Part shown: one piece after another, positions 16,182-35,140 of the stretch
Position numbering within the stretch: position 1 is the stretch's first letter
How the letters are laid out: every line of letters starts with the position of its first letter
Source: the human T2T-CHM13v2.0 reference genome, Homo sapiens
DNA: 64,000 nucleotides
NCBI RefSeq assembly: GCF_009914755.1
Contig: NC_060925.1
Direction: 5' to 3' (one strand)
The notes under the pieces: generated by a model
What the model was told of the DNA's origin: nothing
Database searches by the model: none
The model's input: only the letters and a program-made list of their open reading frames with translations
Translations under genes and position numbers: made by a program

Positions 16182-17489
16182 CTTAAAGAACTGGGCCAAC
16201 TGGTGGAAATGACACTCTAAGACAACCGAGATAAAATGGTAATGCTTAACAGTAAGGAGTCAGGTCGATGCAGTTACAATAAAGAAGAGCAAGGTTTGAG
16301 TGGTAGTCAGCAGATGTGAGACACAGAGGGTTACAAGAGATGATGACCAGAACATGGTGTCCTTAGGGGCAAGATAGACAGGCAGCCAACACAGATACTA
16401 CTCAGTCTATACAATGAAAAGAAATCAAGAATAGATGTCCAGAAGGCTGAGGCCAGTTGCTTTAGTTAAAAATTCATGATTCCTCTTCTAAATTTTTGGT
16501 TTTCAAACCCCAAATTCATTGACTGAAGGAGAGGCCAGGTCTCTAACAAAAAGGGCTCTTAGAAAGTGTATGTGGTAACAGTTCATCTAATACTATCACA
16601 GTAGGACTCTCCTATATTTGGGTAACTATATTCTGAGGAAAGATAAATATACAAACATTTTAAGGACTGCTTAAACTCAGAATCTGAGTTGATATTGTTA
16701 CTCAGAGAACCAAGAATCTCATCACAGCCCCTCTATTAGAATGAAGACATATGAGGGTCAAGTAATAGGATCCTGGCTCATATACTGCTCACAGGGTCCA
16801 CTGGTTCCAAAGATATACTTCGGATTTATTTTCCTAGTCTTTGAAGGTATCGTTTAAATGGGCATACTTGATAGTTGACACAACTCCCACTTTGGTTCTT
16901 TGGCCTGGGAAGAAAGGGTAATCATAGCAAGGAAGTTTAAGTGGAAGTTTTTGAAACTGCATCCCCATGTGGCCAAGATAGTAAATCAAAAAACAATATT
17001 CCATGTCAAGAATGGTAGAAATTAATGCAATTTTTAAAAGTTGCAGAATTGGTGATACTATATTTTCATTTGATCCACTGGTCTGATCTCTACAAAACTG
17101 AGATAGTTCCTGGAGGAATGAAAATAGATACTATAAACTCCGTCAAGTAGTTGCCCTAATTGCAATTGCCATACCAAATAAGGTACCTTTTCTAGAGCCA
17201 ATTAAAAAGAAATTAGGTACATGTATCTGGGAAATGTATTTAAGTAGAATGTAAGTGGCACTAACCACAGTTCTCTACACTGCACCTGATCTCAAGGATG
17301 TAAATGATCGTCCTTATCTCTCTCCTCTACTGTGAACTCCAGAAGACCCTCACCTTCAGCTGTTCAAGGTGATTTACTGATAGCATGACCCAGGCTCCCA
17401 TCTGTGAGGGGTCTGAGCCCTTGGCTCACAAAGCCCTTCTTAGGGCACAGCTTTTATACTTGCCCATTTACATCGAGATTGGTCAACGA

Positions 17490-17906
17490 TGTATCAAGAG
17501 CCACGTAGGTGGGAGCCAAACATGTTCCTCCTGCCATACTACTAGAATATGGTTAACTGACAACCTATAGCTGTTGACTTATTCAAGGTCCACCTCTACT
17601 TTTGAGCCACGACCATGCTCTTCTCAGGGCAGCCAATGACTGAGTAAAATGGCAGTACATGGGCCTAATCATTTCTGCCTAAAGTAAGATCCCTCTAATG
17701 GGTTCTTCTAATAAGCTCTCTGCTCCAGAATTCCCCCAGTTGAGCTGGAGAGACATTTATCAGTCCTACATTGTGATTTGCTTAATCCCTTGCCAAATGC
17801 TGTCTCCTCCTTTTGTGTTTCACAGGTGTTACCTCCCCTCCCCCAATACCTTGTTTTTACTCCTAACTCCATCTCTGTGTCTGCTTCCTAAAGAACCTGA
17901 GTGACC
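17490..17906 (+). mobile_element. ERVL LTR (LTR16-like)
   Basis: cagccaatgactgag...cacaggtgtt...ccatctctgtgtctgcttcctaaagaacc. Confidence 0.6.
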
Positions 17907-17989
17907 AGCACAAGGAGGTAGTGTAGGGTAGAGGCATGTGGATGCATCTATGGGAATGAGCATATGGTATGAAGATATTTTTATTACTT

Positions 17990-18425
17990 GTTGTAGTGGT
18001 TTTAAAAATTCATTGATAATCTTCTCTGGTTCCTGGTTCCCCTCGTCTTGAGTTTAGGCTGAACCTAGTGACTCCATTGTAATGAATAGAATAAAGGGAA
18101 AGTGGTGATGTGCAACTCTGGAGACTAGTTTATAAAAGGCACTGTAGTTTCCTGACTCTTCTCTCTTGTATAGCTTTCTCTGGGAGAAGCAAACTAGCAT
18201 GTCATGAGGACACTCAGGTATCACTGGAACAGCCCATGTAGTGAGGAACAGAAGCCTTCTTCCAACAGCCTGAGTGAGCTTGGAGAGAGATCCTTCAGTC
18301 CCCAGACTGCAACCTCAGGCAACAAATTGACTACAACCTCTTGAAAGATTGTAAACTAGAAACAGCAATTTTTAGTTGCCAAGAGTTGGAGGAATTTGTT
18401 AAACAGCAATAGTTAACAAATATAG
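17990..18425 (+). mobile_element. MLT1F/G-like LTR
   Basis: ctagtgact...aatgaatagaata...catgtcatgaggacactc...ggaatttgttaaacagcaatag. Confidence 0.65.
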
Positions 18426-19988
18426 ATCCCCAGAAATAATCCACAGTTGAAGAGGCACTGAAGAAACAGAGAAAATGACTTGCTCAGTTATCATCGGTCA
18501 GCCTCTGGCATCAGCCACTTCAGTGATAGTATAATGGTTCCAAAGATAGAGAAGCCATGTGGGCAAGGACAGAAGCTATTCATGGTTCCAATAACATAGG
18601 CTCCCATTCACCAAGCTTATCTAGCTACTGCTGCTCCTAGAAGTCCAATCTGACAAAAATAGAGCACAACACTGAAACATCCTTTGAGGAAAGCAGTCAA
18701 TTAGGCCAGATAATTACATTAGATCCTTTCTTCTATAGTGCAGAAATGGGCACATGCTCTTAGAATTCAGTTATGTCAGTCACATCCTATCCCATACCAC
18801 TGAGCAGCTGCTGGCCTGACAGAATGATGGAAGCATTTGTTGAAAGTACAACTAAGATAGCAGCTCAGAGATGATTCCTTACAAGAGTGGGGCATCATCT
18901 TTCAGGAGATAGTATGCATTTTAAATCTGTGAAGTATATGGCACTATGTCCCAAGTAGGCAAATATATGGGAACCAAAGGGTAAAAGTAGGAGTGGCCCT
19001 ATTTGCCCTCCTGTCAGAGACTCGGTAGGGGAACTTATGTTTACTGTCCATGCCATTTTGATGCATAGAGGTCATCATGTTTTGAAGACCTCCTTTCAAA
19101 GGGGGAATGCTTCCACTTGGGTCCCATTAATTAAGCTACAACTGTCACCCGTGCACTTCAGGTTGCTCCTGCTAAGAGATAGCAGTCAGAGAGAGAACTC
19201 AACATTCTGAAAGAGGTTATTGAGCCAGATCATCAAGCAAAGGTAGGACCACAGAAGCTTGAAATATGTTAGTGCATTGTAGCTTGCTCATGTACTGCTT
19301 TTGGAATCCTGTGATTACCATGTGATAAAGTCTGTGTTAACCTGCTAGATGATGACAGACACATGGTACCATTGTCCATGTGCCTCAGTGGATAGGCTGC
19401 CAAATATCAGTCATATGAGTGAGACTATCCTAAATTAATCAGCCATCAGCGAAACCACCCACTGAGTGTAGCAGAGGCTTGAGCAATCCAACAAAAATCA
19501 GCTGAGGTGATTTAGACCACAGACTCGTAAGTTAAATAAATGGTGGTTGTGTTAAGTACCTAAGTTTTAGAGTGGTTTGTTAAGGAGCAAGAGTGAGCTG
19601 ATATAAGAAACAGCTTGCCAAGAGAAGGGTTTTAGAAACCAGAATACTGTGGCTTTTTTCTTAAAACCTATATGATCCAAGGATCATTTTGAGAAAATGG
19701 GTATTCGTGCTTCTGAATTAAATATTTTATCATCTACCATGATCCCATCCTGGTGACTTGAATGCAACCACAGGCGAATCTTGAGGATTTCTTTATTTTA
19801 CATTAGGTGTAACCTGAAGTAATGACCTAGTAGCCTGCTACATGTTATCCTTTCCTCTGGTTCTACTTGGACCCAGCTTGGAATTCTTAATCTGATGGTT
19901 GTGTTCTTATGGGCTCCAGTACAAACACATTTTAGACAGAAAATAGACTGTAGGATTATTAATCATACATATTGTGGGGTGAACTTGA

Positions 19989-20343
<355 letters not shown>

Positions 20344-21074
20344 AGCTTTTATTTCCTTTTATTGACTTATTGCACTGGCTGAAACTTTCAGCACCATGTT
20401 GAATAAGAGAGGTGAGGAGTGCACATTCTTGACATTTCCCTAATCTTAGGATGAAAATATTCTGTCTTTCACCATTAAAAATAATGCTAGCTGTGGGGTT
20501 TGCTTGTGATGCTCTTTATCAAGTTAAAGAAGTTCCCCTCTATCCCTGTTTTTCTAAGAATTTCTGTCATATATGGGAGTTAACTTTTTTCAAAGGGTTT
20601 TTCTGCATTTAACAATATGATTTTTCTTCTATAAGCCTGTTGATGTGGTGGATTACATTGATTTGCTAATGTTGAACCAGGCTTGCATACCTGAAATAAA
20701 TCTCATTTTGTTGTGGTATATAATTCTCTTTAAGCTTTTTTAAAATAATTTTTAAGAATTAAACTTGCTAGCATTTTATTGATATTTTTTGCATTTATGT
20801 TAGGGAGAAATATTGGCCCATAGTTTTTCTTTTTTATAATTTCTTTACCTGTTTTAGGCATTAGGGTAATGCTAACCTCGGAATGAGTCTGCAAATATTC
20901 TCTTTGCTTCTATTTCTGGCAGACATTGTAGAGAGTTTGGATCATTTCTGCCTCAAATGTTTGGTAGAAATTATCAGAAAAAAAAAAGACAGAACATGGT
21001 GCTTTTATTTCAGAAGATTATTAATTATATTGATTACTAATTATTGATTCAATTTCTTTATTACATATTACCTT

Positions 21075-21404
21075 TCTCAGACCATTCTGGCTGTCATAAC
21101 AAAATACTTTAACCTGGGTAATGTATAAACAATAGAAATTTATTTCTTACAGTTCTTGAGGCTGAGAAGTCGAAGATCAAGGCACCAGCAAATCTGATAT
21201 CTGGTGAGAGCCTCTTTCTCAAAGATGGCATCTTCTTGCAGCATCCTCACATGGTGAAAGGGGCAAGGCGGCTCCCTTCAACCTCTTTTTATAAGATCAC
21301 TAATCCCATTCACAAGGGCCCCACCTCTTAATATTATTACTGTAGGTATTCGGTTTGAATATATGAATTTTGGGGGAGGGACACAAACATTCAGACAATA
21401 GACA
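21075..21404 (-). mobile_element. MaLR LTR (MLT1A/MSTD-like)
   Basis: gctgtcataacaaaatac...gaagtcgaagatcaaggcaccagc...acattcagac. Confidence 0.8.
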
Positions 21405-22408
21405 TATTCCAATTATTTATTATTTCTTTTACAAATTTTGTAGTTGGTGTCGCTAAAGGAATTGGTCCATTTCATTTAAGTTATCATATTTGTAGACACA
21501 GTTGTTCATAGTATTCCTTTTTATTGTCCATGGGATCAGTAGTGATGACTTGTCTTTCATTTCTGATATTCACAATTCGTCTTTTCTCTCTTTTTAAATA
21601 CATGTCATTTTGGCAGAGGTTCATCAATTTTATTGATTATTTGAAAGGATCAGCTCTTCTTTCACTGATTTTCTCTTTTGTTTTCAATTTTATTGATTTC
21701 TGCTCTTTATTATTTTCTTCTTTCTGATAGCTTTGTATTTTCTTTTTGGTCTTCTTTTTCTAGGTTCTTGAGACAGTAGCTTCAATTATGGATTTGAGAC
21801 TTATCTTCTCTAATGAATGCATTTAGTGCTATTAATTTTCCTCTCAGCAATACTTTCACTGTGTTCTACAAATGTTGATATGTTGTATTTTCACTTTTCA
21901 CTGAGTTTAATGTGCTTTTAAAAATTTTTGAGACTTCCTTTTTCATCCAAGGATTATTTAGAAGCATGTTTTTGAAGTGTCCAAGGGTTAGGACATTTTT
22001 CTGTTATCTTTCTATTATTGATTTATAGTTTGATTTTATTGTTGTCAGAGAACAAACTCTGTATAGTTTTTTTAATAAGTTTACATTCCAGTTCCATAAG
22101 AATGTGGAAACATAGAAACAAATGAAGACAAATAAAATGATCCCCAATTTCCCAACAGATGTCAACTAATATTAATGTTAATCAATTGATATTTCTATAA
22201 TATGCTTATTTATATAGGTATCATTATGCTTATCTCAATATTGTAGACAATATTGCTTTGATCTTATTATTCTGCTTTTTTCCCTTTACATTTCTCTCAC
22301 CTTAAATATTTTTGAAAGTACGATCTTTTTTTCTTAAATGTAAAATCTCTTCACAATTAAGTACATGATTGTATATGTTTATCCTACATGTCAGTAAATC
22401 ACCAACTA

Positions 22409-22699
<291 letters not shown>

Positions 22700-24067
22700 A
22701 TCACCAGCTATTATAAAAACAAGACAAATTATATCACAAAAGAACAAAAACATAGAAAGAAATCATAAGAAATATATCGACCTGTGAAAAGTGTCTTTCT
22801 TTTGGTGTCTTCACATCCTAGTCTTCTGCGTATTTATGTATGGAACAGTATTGCCTTGGATAGATGCATCTCTTACTTACTCTTCAGTTGTCCATTTGCA
22901 TATTCTATCAGCTCCAGGGATATCAAGCTCTATATAATTTTAATTATTTTAAATTTATTAAGTTTTTTTATGGCTCAGGTTATAGTCTATCCGGGTATAT
23001 CTTCCATGCAAGCTTGAGAATAATGTGTATTCTGCTGTTAGGTGGAGTGTTCTATAGAAGTCAATTAGATTATATTGCCTTATGTTGTTGAGTTTATTCT
23101 AGATTATTTCTGAATATTTTGTCTAATATTTGTATCAAATTTTGATATTAAAATATCAAAAATTAAAATTCCCAACTATAATTACACACTTGTCTATTTG
23201 TCTTTCAAGTTCTATCAATTTTTGCTTCATATATTTTGCAGTTCTGATCTTGGGGACATACCTATTTAGGAATGCAATATATTCTTGCTTTGTGTAATGT
23301 TTCTTTCAGTCTGGTAATTTTCTTTGCTGTAAAGTTGACTATACCTACCATTAATACTAGTCAATGTTTAAGTGATATATCTCTTAATATCATTTTACTT
23401 TCAATCTGTCTATATTGTCATAGTTTGTGTGGGTTTCTTATAGACAGCATATAGTTAGGTCATGTTTTAAAATCTACTTTGTAAATCTGTCTTTTAATTG
23501 ACATATTTTACCCACTTACAAATAATATAATTATTGATACGTTTGGGAAAACATCTGTAGTTTTTTTTTTGTTTTCTGTTTGTTTTCTCTATTTTAATTT
23601 CCCTATTTTTTTCTGAATTCTAGTTTTGATATATCCATTTTAATATCTCTATAGTATTTTTGAGTGTATCCCTTTGTATAGCTTTTTGATGGTTGCTCTA
23701 GATAACTTATTGTATATTATTTATATAAAAATAAATAATTATAATTTATAATTATTATATATACATGTCTATCATAGTCTATTTGTGTCATAATTTTGCC
23801 AATTAGAATGAAGTGTATAAACCTTACCTTCCTTTATGCCCCCTTACTCTCCCCCATTTATGATATAATTATCTCAAATATCTCCTCTACATTCACATAG
23901 AACAATGTCAGTGTTATAATTTTTGCTTCAGTGATTAAACATAATTTAGGAAACTCAAGAGGAGAAGAAAAATCTGTTGTCTTCACTTGTATTTTTGCTT
24001 ACCATGTCTTTCTTTATTTGATGTTCCAAAGGTCCTTTCTTTATAGTTTCCTTTGTGTTTAGAGAAC

Positions 24068-28174
<4,107 letters not shown>

Positions 28175-28915
28175 AAGCAATTTTTATTTCATGTAGATCT
28201 GCTGGCAGCAAATTATCTTCATTTTTCCTTAGAATGTCTTGGTATCTGTTTCATCCTTAAAATATTTTTTTTTCTGAATATAAGATTTGGTGTTGACAAT
28301 TTTCTTTCTGAACTTGAAAAGTGTTTTCTTATTTGCTTTTCACCTCCACAATTTCTGATGAGAAATTCTCTGTCATGAAAACAGATTTTTACTTACAGGT
28401 AGGGTGTAATTTCCCTTTCATTGATTTCAAGATTTTTTCTTTGTGTTTAATTTTCAAAACTTTGTCAATAATTTTCTTAGTGTATTTATTTGAGTATATT
28501 CTGTTTGGTATTTGTTCACCTTCTTGAATCTGTAGTTTTATGTCTTTTTCCAAATTGTGATGCTTCCAGCCATTATTTCTTCAAATAGTTTTTTTTTCTT
28601 TTTTGGTCTCATCTATTTCCCCTCTCTTTCAAAGACTCTAATCACACAAACAGTAGATTTTTTTGTTATAGTCCCACAGATTCCTTATGCTTAGTGTATT
28701 TTTTTCCTTCTATTTTCTTTATGTTGTTCAGATTGGACAATTTCTATTGTTCTATCTTTTATATCACTGCTTTTTTCCTCTGTTCCCTCCATTCTGCTGT
28801 CAAGCTTATCTGTTGAGGTTTGTTTGTCTGTTTGTTTAGGTTATCGTATTTTTAGTTCTAAATTTTTTTATTTGGTTCTTTTGTATACTTCTTTTCTGAT
28901 ACTTTCTATTTCTTT

Positions 28916-29088
28916 TTTTTTGTACTTTAAGTTTTAGGGTACATGTGCACAACGTGCAGGCTTGTTACGTATGTATACATGTGCCATGTTGGTGTGCTGC
29001 ACCCATTAACTCGTCATTGAACATTAGGTATATCTCCTAATGCTATCCCTCCCCACTTCCCTCACCCCACAACAGGCCCCGGTGTGTG
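28916..29088 (-). mobile_element. Short L1PA3/4-like 3' fragment
   Basis: tactttaagttttagggtacatgtgcacaacgtgcagg; 15-bp TSD actttctatttcttt at 28901-28915 and 29092-29106. Confidence 0.92.
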
Positions 29089-29194
29089 GAGACTTTCTAT
29101 TTCTTTAAGAGGCTTTAAAAATTTTTTTCACTTCAAGAATGTTTGTAATTACTCATAGAAGCATTTCTATGATGGCTGCTTTAAAATCTTTGTT

Positions 29195-29365
29195 AGCTGG
29201 GCACAATGGTGTGCATCTGTAGTCCCAGATACTCAAGAGGCTGAGGTCGGAGGATCACTTAGGCCCAGGAGTTTGTGGTGGCAGTATACTATGCTTGTGC
29301 CTGTGAATAGCCACTGCATTCCAGCCTGGGAGGCAAAGGTAGACCCCATCTCTTAAAACAAAAAA
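29195..29365 (+). mobile_element. FAM (fossil Alu monomer)
   Basis: Monomer with 7SL-like gcctgtgaatagccactgca segment and A tail. Confidence 0.8.
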
Positions 29366-30499
29366 GACAGATATTAAAAGCATCTTTGTTATATAATTCA
29401 TTCTAACATCTTTATCACCTTGGTGTTGACATCTACTGATTGTCTTTTCTTTTTTTCCCATTCACCTTGAGATATTTCTGCTTTTTGCTGTTATGAATAA
29501 TTTTTTATTGAAACATGAAATTTTGTATTTTGTGTTAAGGGTCGCCAGGTCTATTTAAGCTTTCTGTACTAGCTGATTTCCTTTGACGCTGCTCCAGCAT
29601 GGGAAAGGGATGGATGTTCCTTGCTACTGGCAGGTCAGGGAGAAGAAGGGCAGGTTCCTTACATGATCTATGCTGACACCTAAGAGTGGGTGTCCTCTGT
29701 GGCCTCCGCTGATGTTTTTCTTGATGAGAGAAAAAGGAATGCCTTATTATTGCTCCCATGTGCCTTCCACTGCCACCACAGTTGGGGTATATGTCCTCAC
29801 TGACGTTGGTTGGGGGCAAAAGTTCTAACTTTCCAGCAGGGCTCCTATGACACTACCATAGTGGGGAGGGGTACTTCATAACTGTTGGGCGTGCCAGGAA
29901 ATTCAGGTTCCCCAGGTAGTCTACACTGGAAATATGGGAGGAGCCTTGTTACCACCTGATAGAGATGAAAGTCCCAGGTACCTACTCAATCTCTGTAACA
30001 CCCCAGCAGGAAAGTTAGGGTAACTTGTTAGAGGCTGGTGAGGGTGGCACCCCACTCAGCCTATGCTGGCATAGGCAGAGGTGGGGACACAGTTCTTTCT
30101 GTGGTGTTTAGCTGGAGTAGAACAGTTACAGTATACAAGTTTTCTGTCTTACTAGGTTGCCCCTTTCCTGGTCTTTTTGCTAAGGAGAGGAGGCTTTATT
30201 TATTTATTTATTTCTATTTTTTGTCTTTACTCACTGGCATTTCTGGGTTGCTGGCTTCTTCAGCTCCAAGTCTGAGATATATGAATCCAAAAGAAAACCC
30301 AAGGAGCTTACCACCATGTCATTTCTTGTGCCCTGTGTCCCATAGATGGTCTGCTTTCTTCTCACTATCTTTTAGAGTCTCCTTATATTTATTGCATATA
30401 AAATGTCCAAGGTTTCTAGTTATCATTAGCAGAAAGAATGGGAAAAATATGTCTACTACAGTTTCCTGGAAGAAGTCGCAAGAATTATTTTAGATAATT

Positions 30500-30743
30500 A
30501 AGTGATTGAAAAAAAGATCAAAGGAAGAATACAATTTCATGACACATGAGAATTACATAAAATTCAAAATTCAGTGTACATAAGTAACGTTTTAATGCAC
30601 ATAGTTACATTCACATACATATTGTCTACAGCTCCTTTTGTGCTACAATGTCTGAGGTTGAATAGCTGTATCAGAGAGTCTATGGTTCACAAAGCCTAAA
30701 ATATTTACTGTCTGAGCCTTTAAAGAAAGTTTGCTGATCCCTG
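30500..30743 (-). mobile_element. MER58B-like hAT DNA transposon
   Basis: cacaaagcctaaaatatttactgtctg...aaagtttgctgatccctg. Confidence 0.8.
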
Positions 30744-33700
30744 GCTTACATCATGGAATTACTTACATTTTATTAACAGTGAGTAGAGTACTTCCTCTAT
30801 CAAAACTTAGAGAAAAATGAATGTATAAATTCAGATAGACTGTACTCAGTTTTAGGGAAATATAATTATCTATAGCAATCATAAGTAAATCCTCATACTG
30901 TTAAAAAGGTATATATACAGTTTTCAGTTTACACCAAATGCTACTCAGTTAAGGTTGAATAAATTTTCCTTAAACATTGATGTCAAAATCACTCTTTTAC
31001 CATTCTTGGTTAGTGCAAAATTTTTTACTCATAATTTTTTCTTCTAGCAAAGTCTGCTACAAATACTGTTATGTATTTTTTCTACTGTCAAAATGTTCCC
31101 CAGGAAACCTGAATGTTTCCACAAATATTTTTTATTATAAATGTTTTTGTATGTTTGTAACTTCTTTTGCATGTTGAAATTCTATAGCCAAGGTTGCAAG
31201 GTTGTCATTGTTGTAATGTTGACCATAAGAGTCATAAACAGCAAGTTGAACACTAAATTTGAAAGACATTGTGCAAGAAAAGAACACCAAACCAATAGTA
31301 TTATTTCCCATTTATCTAACCTTTCAAGGGCACTTAGCAGCTAGAAAAAGATTATAAATACAGACAGATTTCATGATTAGAAGCTTCATTAGTAAGAAGG
31401 TACAGAATACTAATCACAAGACTTTCATTTGCACTGACAAGGTCTGACCTTGCTAGCATTCATCAGTGACAGTGGAATTGCTCCCTGGTGGTATCAACCA
31501 CAGGAAAGACAGAGAAAACATGTTTTTCGTGGAGGAATTCATCAAAAGTAAGCAGAACTGTATCACACACCATTGCTTCCAGGAGTTCCCCCAGAGAATA
31601 GCTAGCATCTTATCTGAATCAGTTTGTTTAGTCTGTAAAATGTAAAATGTTCAAAGAAACTTTGCATGTTAAAGAAAGTTTAAGCTTTGAAACCTTGGAA
31701 CAACAACTATCATTTCACATGACTCTTCACCTTAAATCATCTAATTGACCATGAATAGGTGCTTTGGTCAATATTAAATCTAGAAACATAGATATAGTAT
31801 ACTCTGATATTAACTAGGAATTATAAATGTTATAAACTCTTGTAAATGTTTCCATTTAAAAATATTGTGAAACTAAAATGATTAATACATTAAATAAATC
31901 AAAATTGTATATTTTAAGTCTGGAAGTGCATTTTCATATTCCAATTATAAGTGTGTATTAAGCGACTGTTTTCCTAAATGTCATTATTTTATATGAAAAA
32001 TGCCTTCATTGTCTGAAAGCATTTTACTGAGTTCCGAGGTTTGTGATTGGACAAAACTGAGCACAATTTTCTCATCTGCAAATAATTTACTGCTAATTTG
32101 TTGTAAAGTTAGCTAATTAAATAATTATTGTATAAAACGAAATATAATTTAGTGGAAGCGCTAAGGCTCTGGAGTCCGACGGGTCTGATTTTGAATCCTT
32201 TTAATTGCTTACCAGTTACTGGACCTCAGTTTACTTATCTGTAAAATAGGAAAATACTACCCAACATCCATGCAGGATTGAAATAAGTGTTAGGCAAATG
32301 GTGATTATTATAACCAAACTCCAAATTGTGTAATAAATACTTCAAATACATTTACAGAAAAACAACTAAAGAAGATCAGCGAGTTAAGTGAAAATCTAAT
32401 TGAGTTGAGAGTTGTCTAGGGCTTAAAGATTCTCTGTTTATTATAACAAAAACATTATTATTTTACATTTTAATGTTTCTGAAGTTGATGTTAAAATAAA
32501 TGGACAATGAATCAGGTCATGATTAAATTGTGTACAGTTAGCATTGTCTACATACTGGCCAGCTTATGAGATCCCACAAGAATGTGAATTTTGACTTTAA
32601 TTTGGGTCCTTATTATTGATTAAAATGTCTTTGCAAAGATTAAACTCTGATACAGAATTAAAAAGCTTTTATTAAAACAAAATGTGATGAAAGGCCACAG
32701 AAGGAACAGATGTCTTAAAGTAGATCATGAAACTTTTATTTCTTTAACTTCAAAATAAATACTACGGTTAGATTTCTCAAAATTAAAAAGATAAATACAA
32801 AAATGTATATTATAAAACATATCTAACTCACCCCCTGTCTCTCAGCCACCCAAGTGTTCTTGCCACAGAGAAATAGCTATTGGTCTTTCTTTTCATTTCT
32901 TGTAATGATATTTTATGCATATGTAAATAGATAAATTTAATCATATACCTTTTTGTAATTCAAGTGTTGCATACACACCATACATATCATTTTTCACATT
33001 GCTTTTTTACAATATCCTTTGGAGATTTTTATAGTCAAGCTAATAAAGAATTTATCTTTTTTGCTTTAACAGCTGTTTAGTGCTCCATTAAATATACAGA
33101 CCATACATTTTAACCAGTCCCCTTTTGATGGACATATATTTTTTTTTCCTAAACTTGTATAACTACAGTGAAGTCATGAATAATCTTGTACAAAGAACAT
33201 GGAATTTTCAAATTAGGAAAAGTTGATATAAACCCGTTCATTTTGAAAGATATGCATGCAGGCTCTTGGACATTTCTGAGTGAAGGAGAACAGGAAATAT
33301 GGTTAGAGACTAGAAGTGTATAAACTATAGGATGCTTTGAATGCTGTGGAATGATAATTCATAATATGACAGGAAATAGTACTGAACTATTAAAAGTAAC
33401 GAGAGGTCATGAAAAGTAGTATTTAAGGAAGATGAATGTTCAGAGTTTTTATTTCCTGGCACCCTGGAATTGTTTGGAGCTTTGAGAAAGAGCTTTATGA
33501 GATTTTCTTGTTAAAATAAAACTATTGGTGTGATAGAGATACAAGCAGGCAAGATGACTAAATCAGACAAAAATTGTAGGCAGAGGCAGAAAATTAGGAC
33601 CTAAATTCTGAAAGATTAACTCAGATGAGAGAAGCAAGATAATACTCTGACATTTTAAGTAGCAGGCAAAGTCCAGAGTGCAAAAATTCAAGAGTGGATT

Positions 33701-34362
33701 TAGAAAAGTACTTCGTGAATTTTGAAACTAAGGAATAGGCTATGTGGTCTTTCCCCTATGTACACACTATTCTGAGTTTGAGTGACCCTGGGAAGGTTTA
33801 TGGCTAAGATATCAAGTTGTGGTCAATATCTACAAGCACCATGCACTCCTGCTTCTCTTTTGCCATATAGATTTTCTCAGTTTTTCGTTTGCTTTTCAGT
33901 AAGAGCAAATATATTAATATTTTTTCTTTATAGTGTTTTAATGTTTTATTATTAGTTGAGAAAGTTTTTCCCACTCCAAATCATGTAGTCACACCTGTAT
34001 TCTATTCTACAGTTTATTGCTCTATATTTTTCATTTAAATTATTAATCTATTGGAAATTTATATTGATGTGTAGTGTGAGGCAGGGGAAAATCTTTTCAA
34101 AACCCTTTACTATTATCCTGTGGCATTATTTTCTTAATGTTTTTCCTTTAATTCAATCAATTCGTTTCATCTCTTCATCTTTAATTTCAAAGATAGTGCA
34201 AAACTCCTTTTAGGTGGCAAATCTTTTCATAAGACCTGTTTTCCCTTCTTTACTCATTTTTAAATATAGATGACTAGTATTTTCCAACAAACTTTACGAT
34301 TAGATTCTTTTAGGACTCCCTTCCTGTCTGCTTTCATTCTATTAATGTCGTCTTTCTGAGAT

Positions 34363-34399
34363 TTACATTACATTACATTACATTATATTACATTACATT
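34363..34399 (+). repeat. (TTACA)n pentanucleotide repeat
   Basis: ttacattacattacattacattatattacattacatt. Confidence 0.9.
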
Positions 34400-34929
34400 G
34401 GAGGGTTGGTTGATATACGTTATACCAGCTCAGTGATTCAGCAGCATTAGGGGCGTAGAGAGGGGGCTTGTGTAGTTACAGCAAAGGAATATTTTCTCTG
34501 TTCAAGCTGGTGTTTGTTGGTATTATAGTACCTGCCATTAGCTTTCCTGTCTAATTTACTTTTGTATCTAACCTTCATTATGGACACGTGTGGCTCTGTC
34601 TGACATCCTTCCTAGGACAGTAGCTTACTGCCTCAGGGAGGAGCTGCACCTCAGTCAGAAGAAGCCCTGTTTCCTTGCCGTGTGGTTTTTGTATGGTATG
34701 GTTTTTCTTTCCCTTGTGTCTCCTGGAAGAGCTGCTTCTGAAAGTCATTAATCTGCAAAAAGGTTTTAAAAATGAAATAATTTCCATTTGTCTTCCATTC
34801 TGCCCACTTGGTAGTCCTTACTTTATATTGAAGTTTTAAGTGATTTCCATAAAATGTAGTTATAGCCATTTTTTATTGAACAACAGAAACACAGACATCA
34901 TGATACTTTCCATACTTTATCTTATTTGG

Positions 34930-35140
34930 AGAGATAATAAAACACAGTGGCTAAGAGCATGAACTCTGAATACAGAGTATCTGATTTCCAATCACAGGTC
35001 TTCCCCCACAAGCTGTGAAAATTGTTCAATTTGCTTAACTTCTCTGTATTTTGGTTTCCTTACCTGTAAAATGGTGTTATAATTCAAATAAATTAATATA
35101 TAAAATACTTAAAGCAATGCTGAGCACATAATAAGCACAA
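34930..35140 (+). mobile_element. MIR
   Basis: cagtggctaagagcatgaactctg...gcttaacttctctg...cctgtaaaatgg. Confidence 0.75.

Larger units (their letters stand above)
15200..19250 (+). mobile_element. Degraded ERVL-class internal sequence (gag/pol/integrase remnants) interrupted by LTRs
   Basis: Decayed RT motif near 17080-17180 (QK.DGSWRM..DY.KL.QVV.PIA.A.P-like), WGRGMW.DLWEW-like at ~17925 and integrase-like H.E.AAGL.E.W..LLK at ~18800. Confidence 0.75.
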
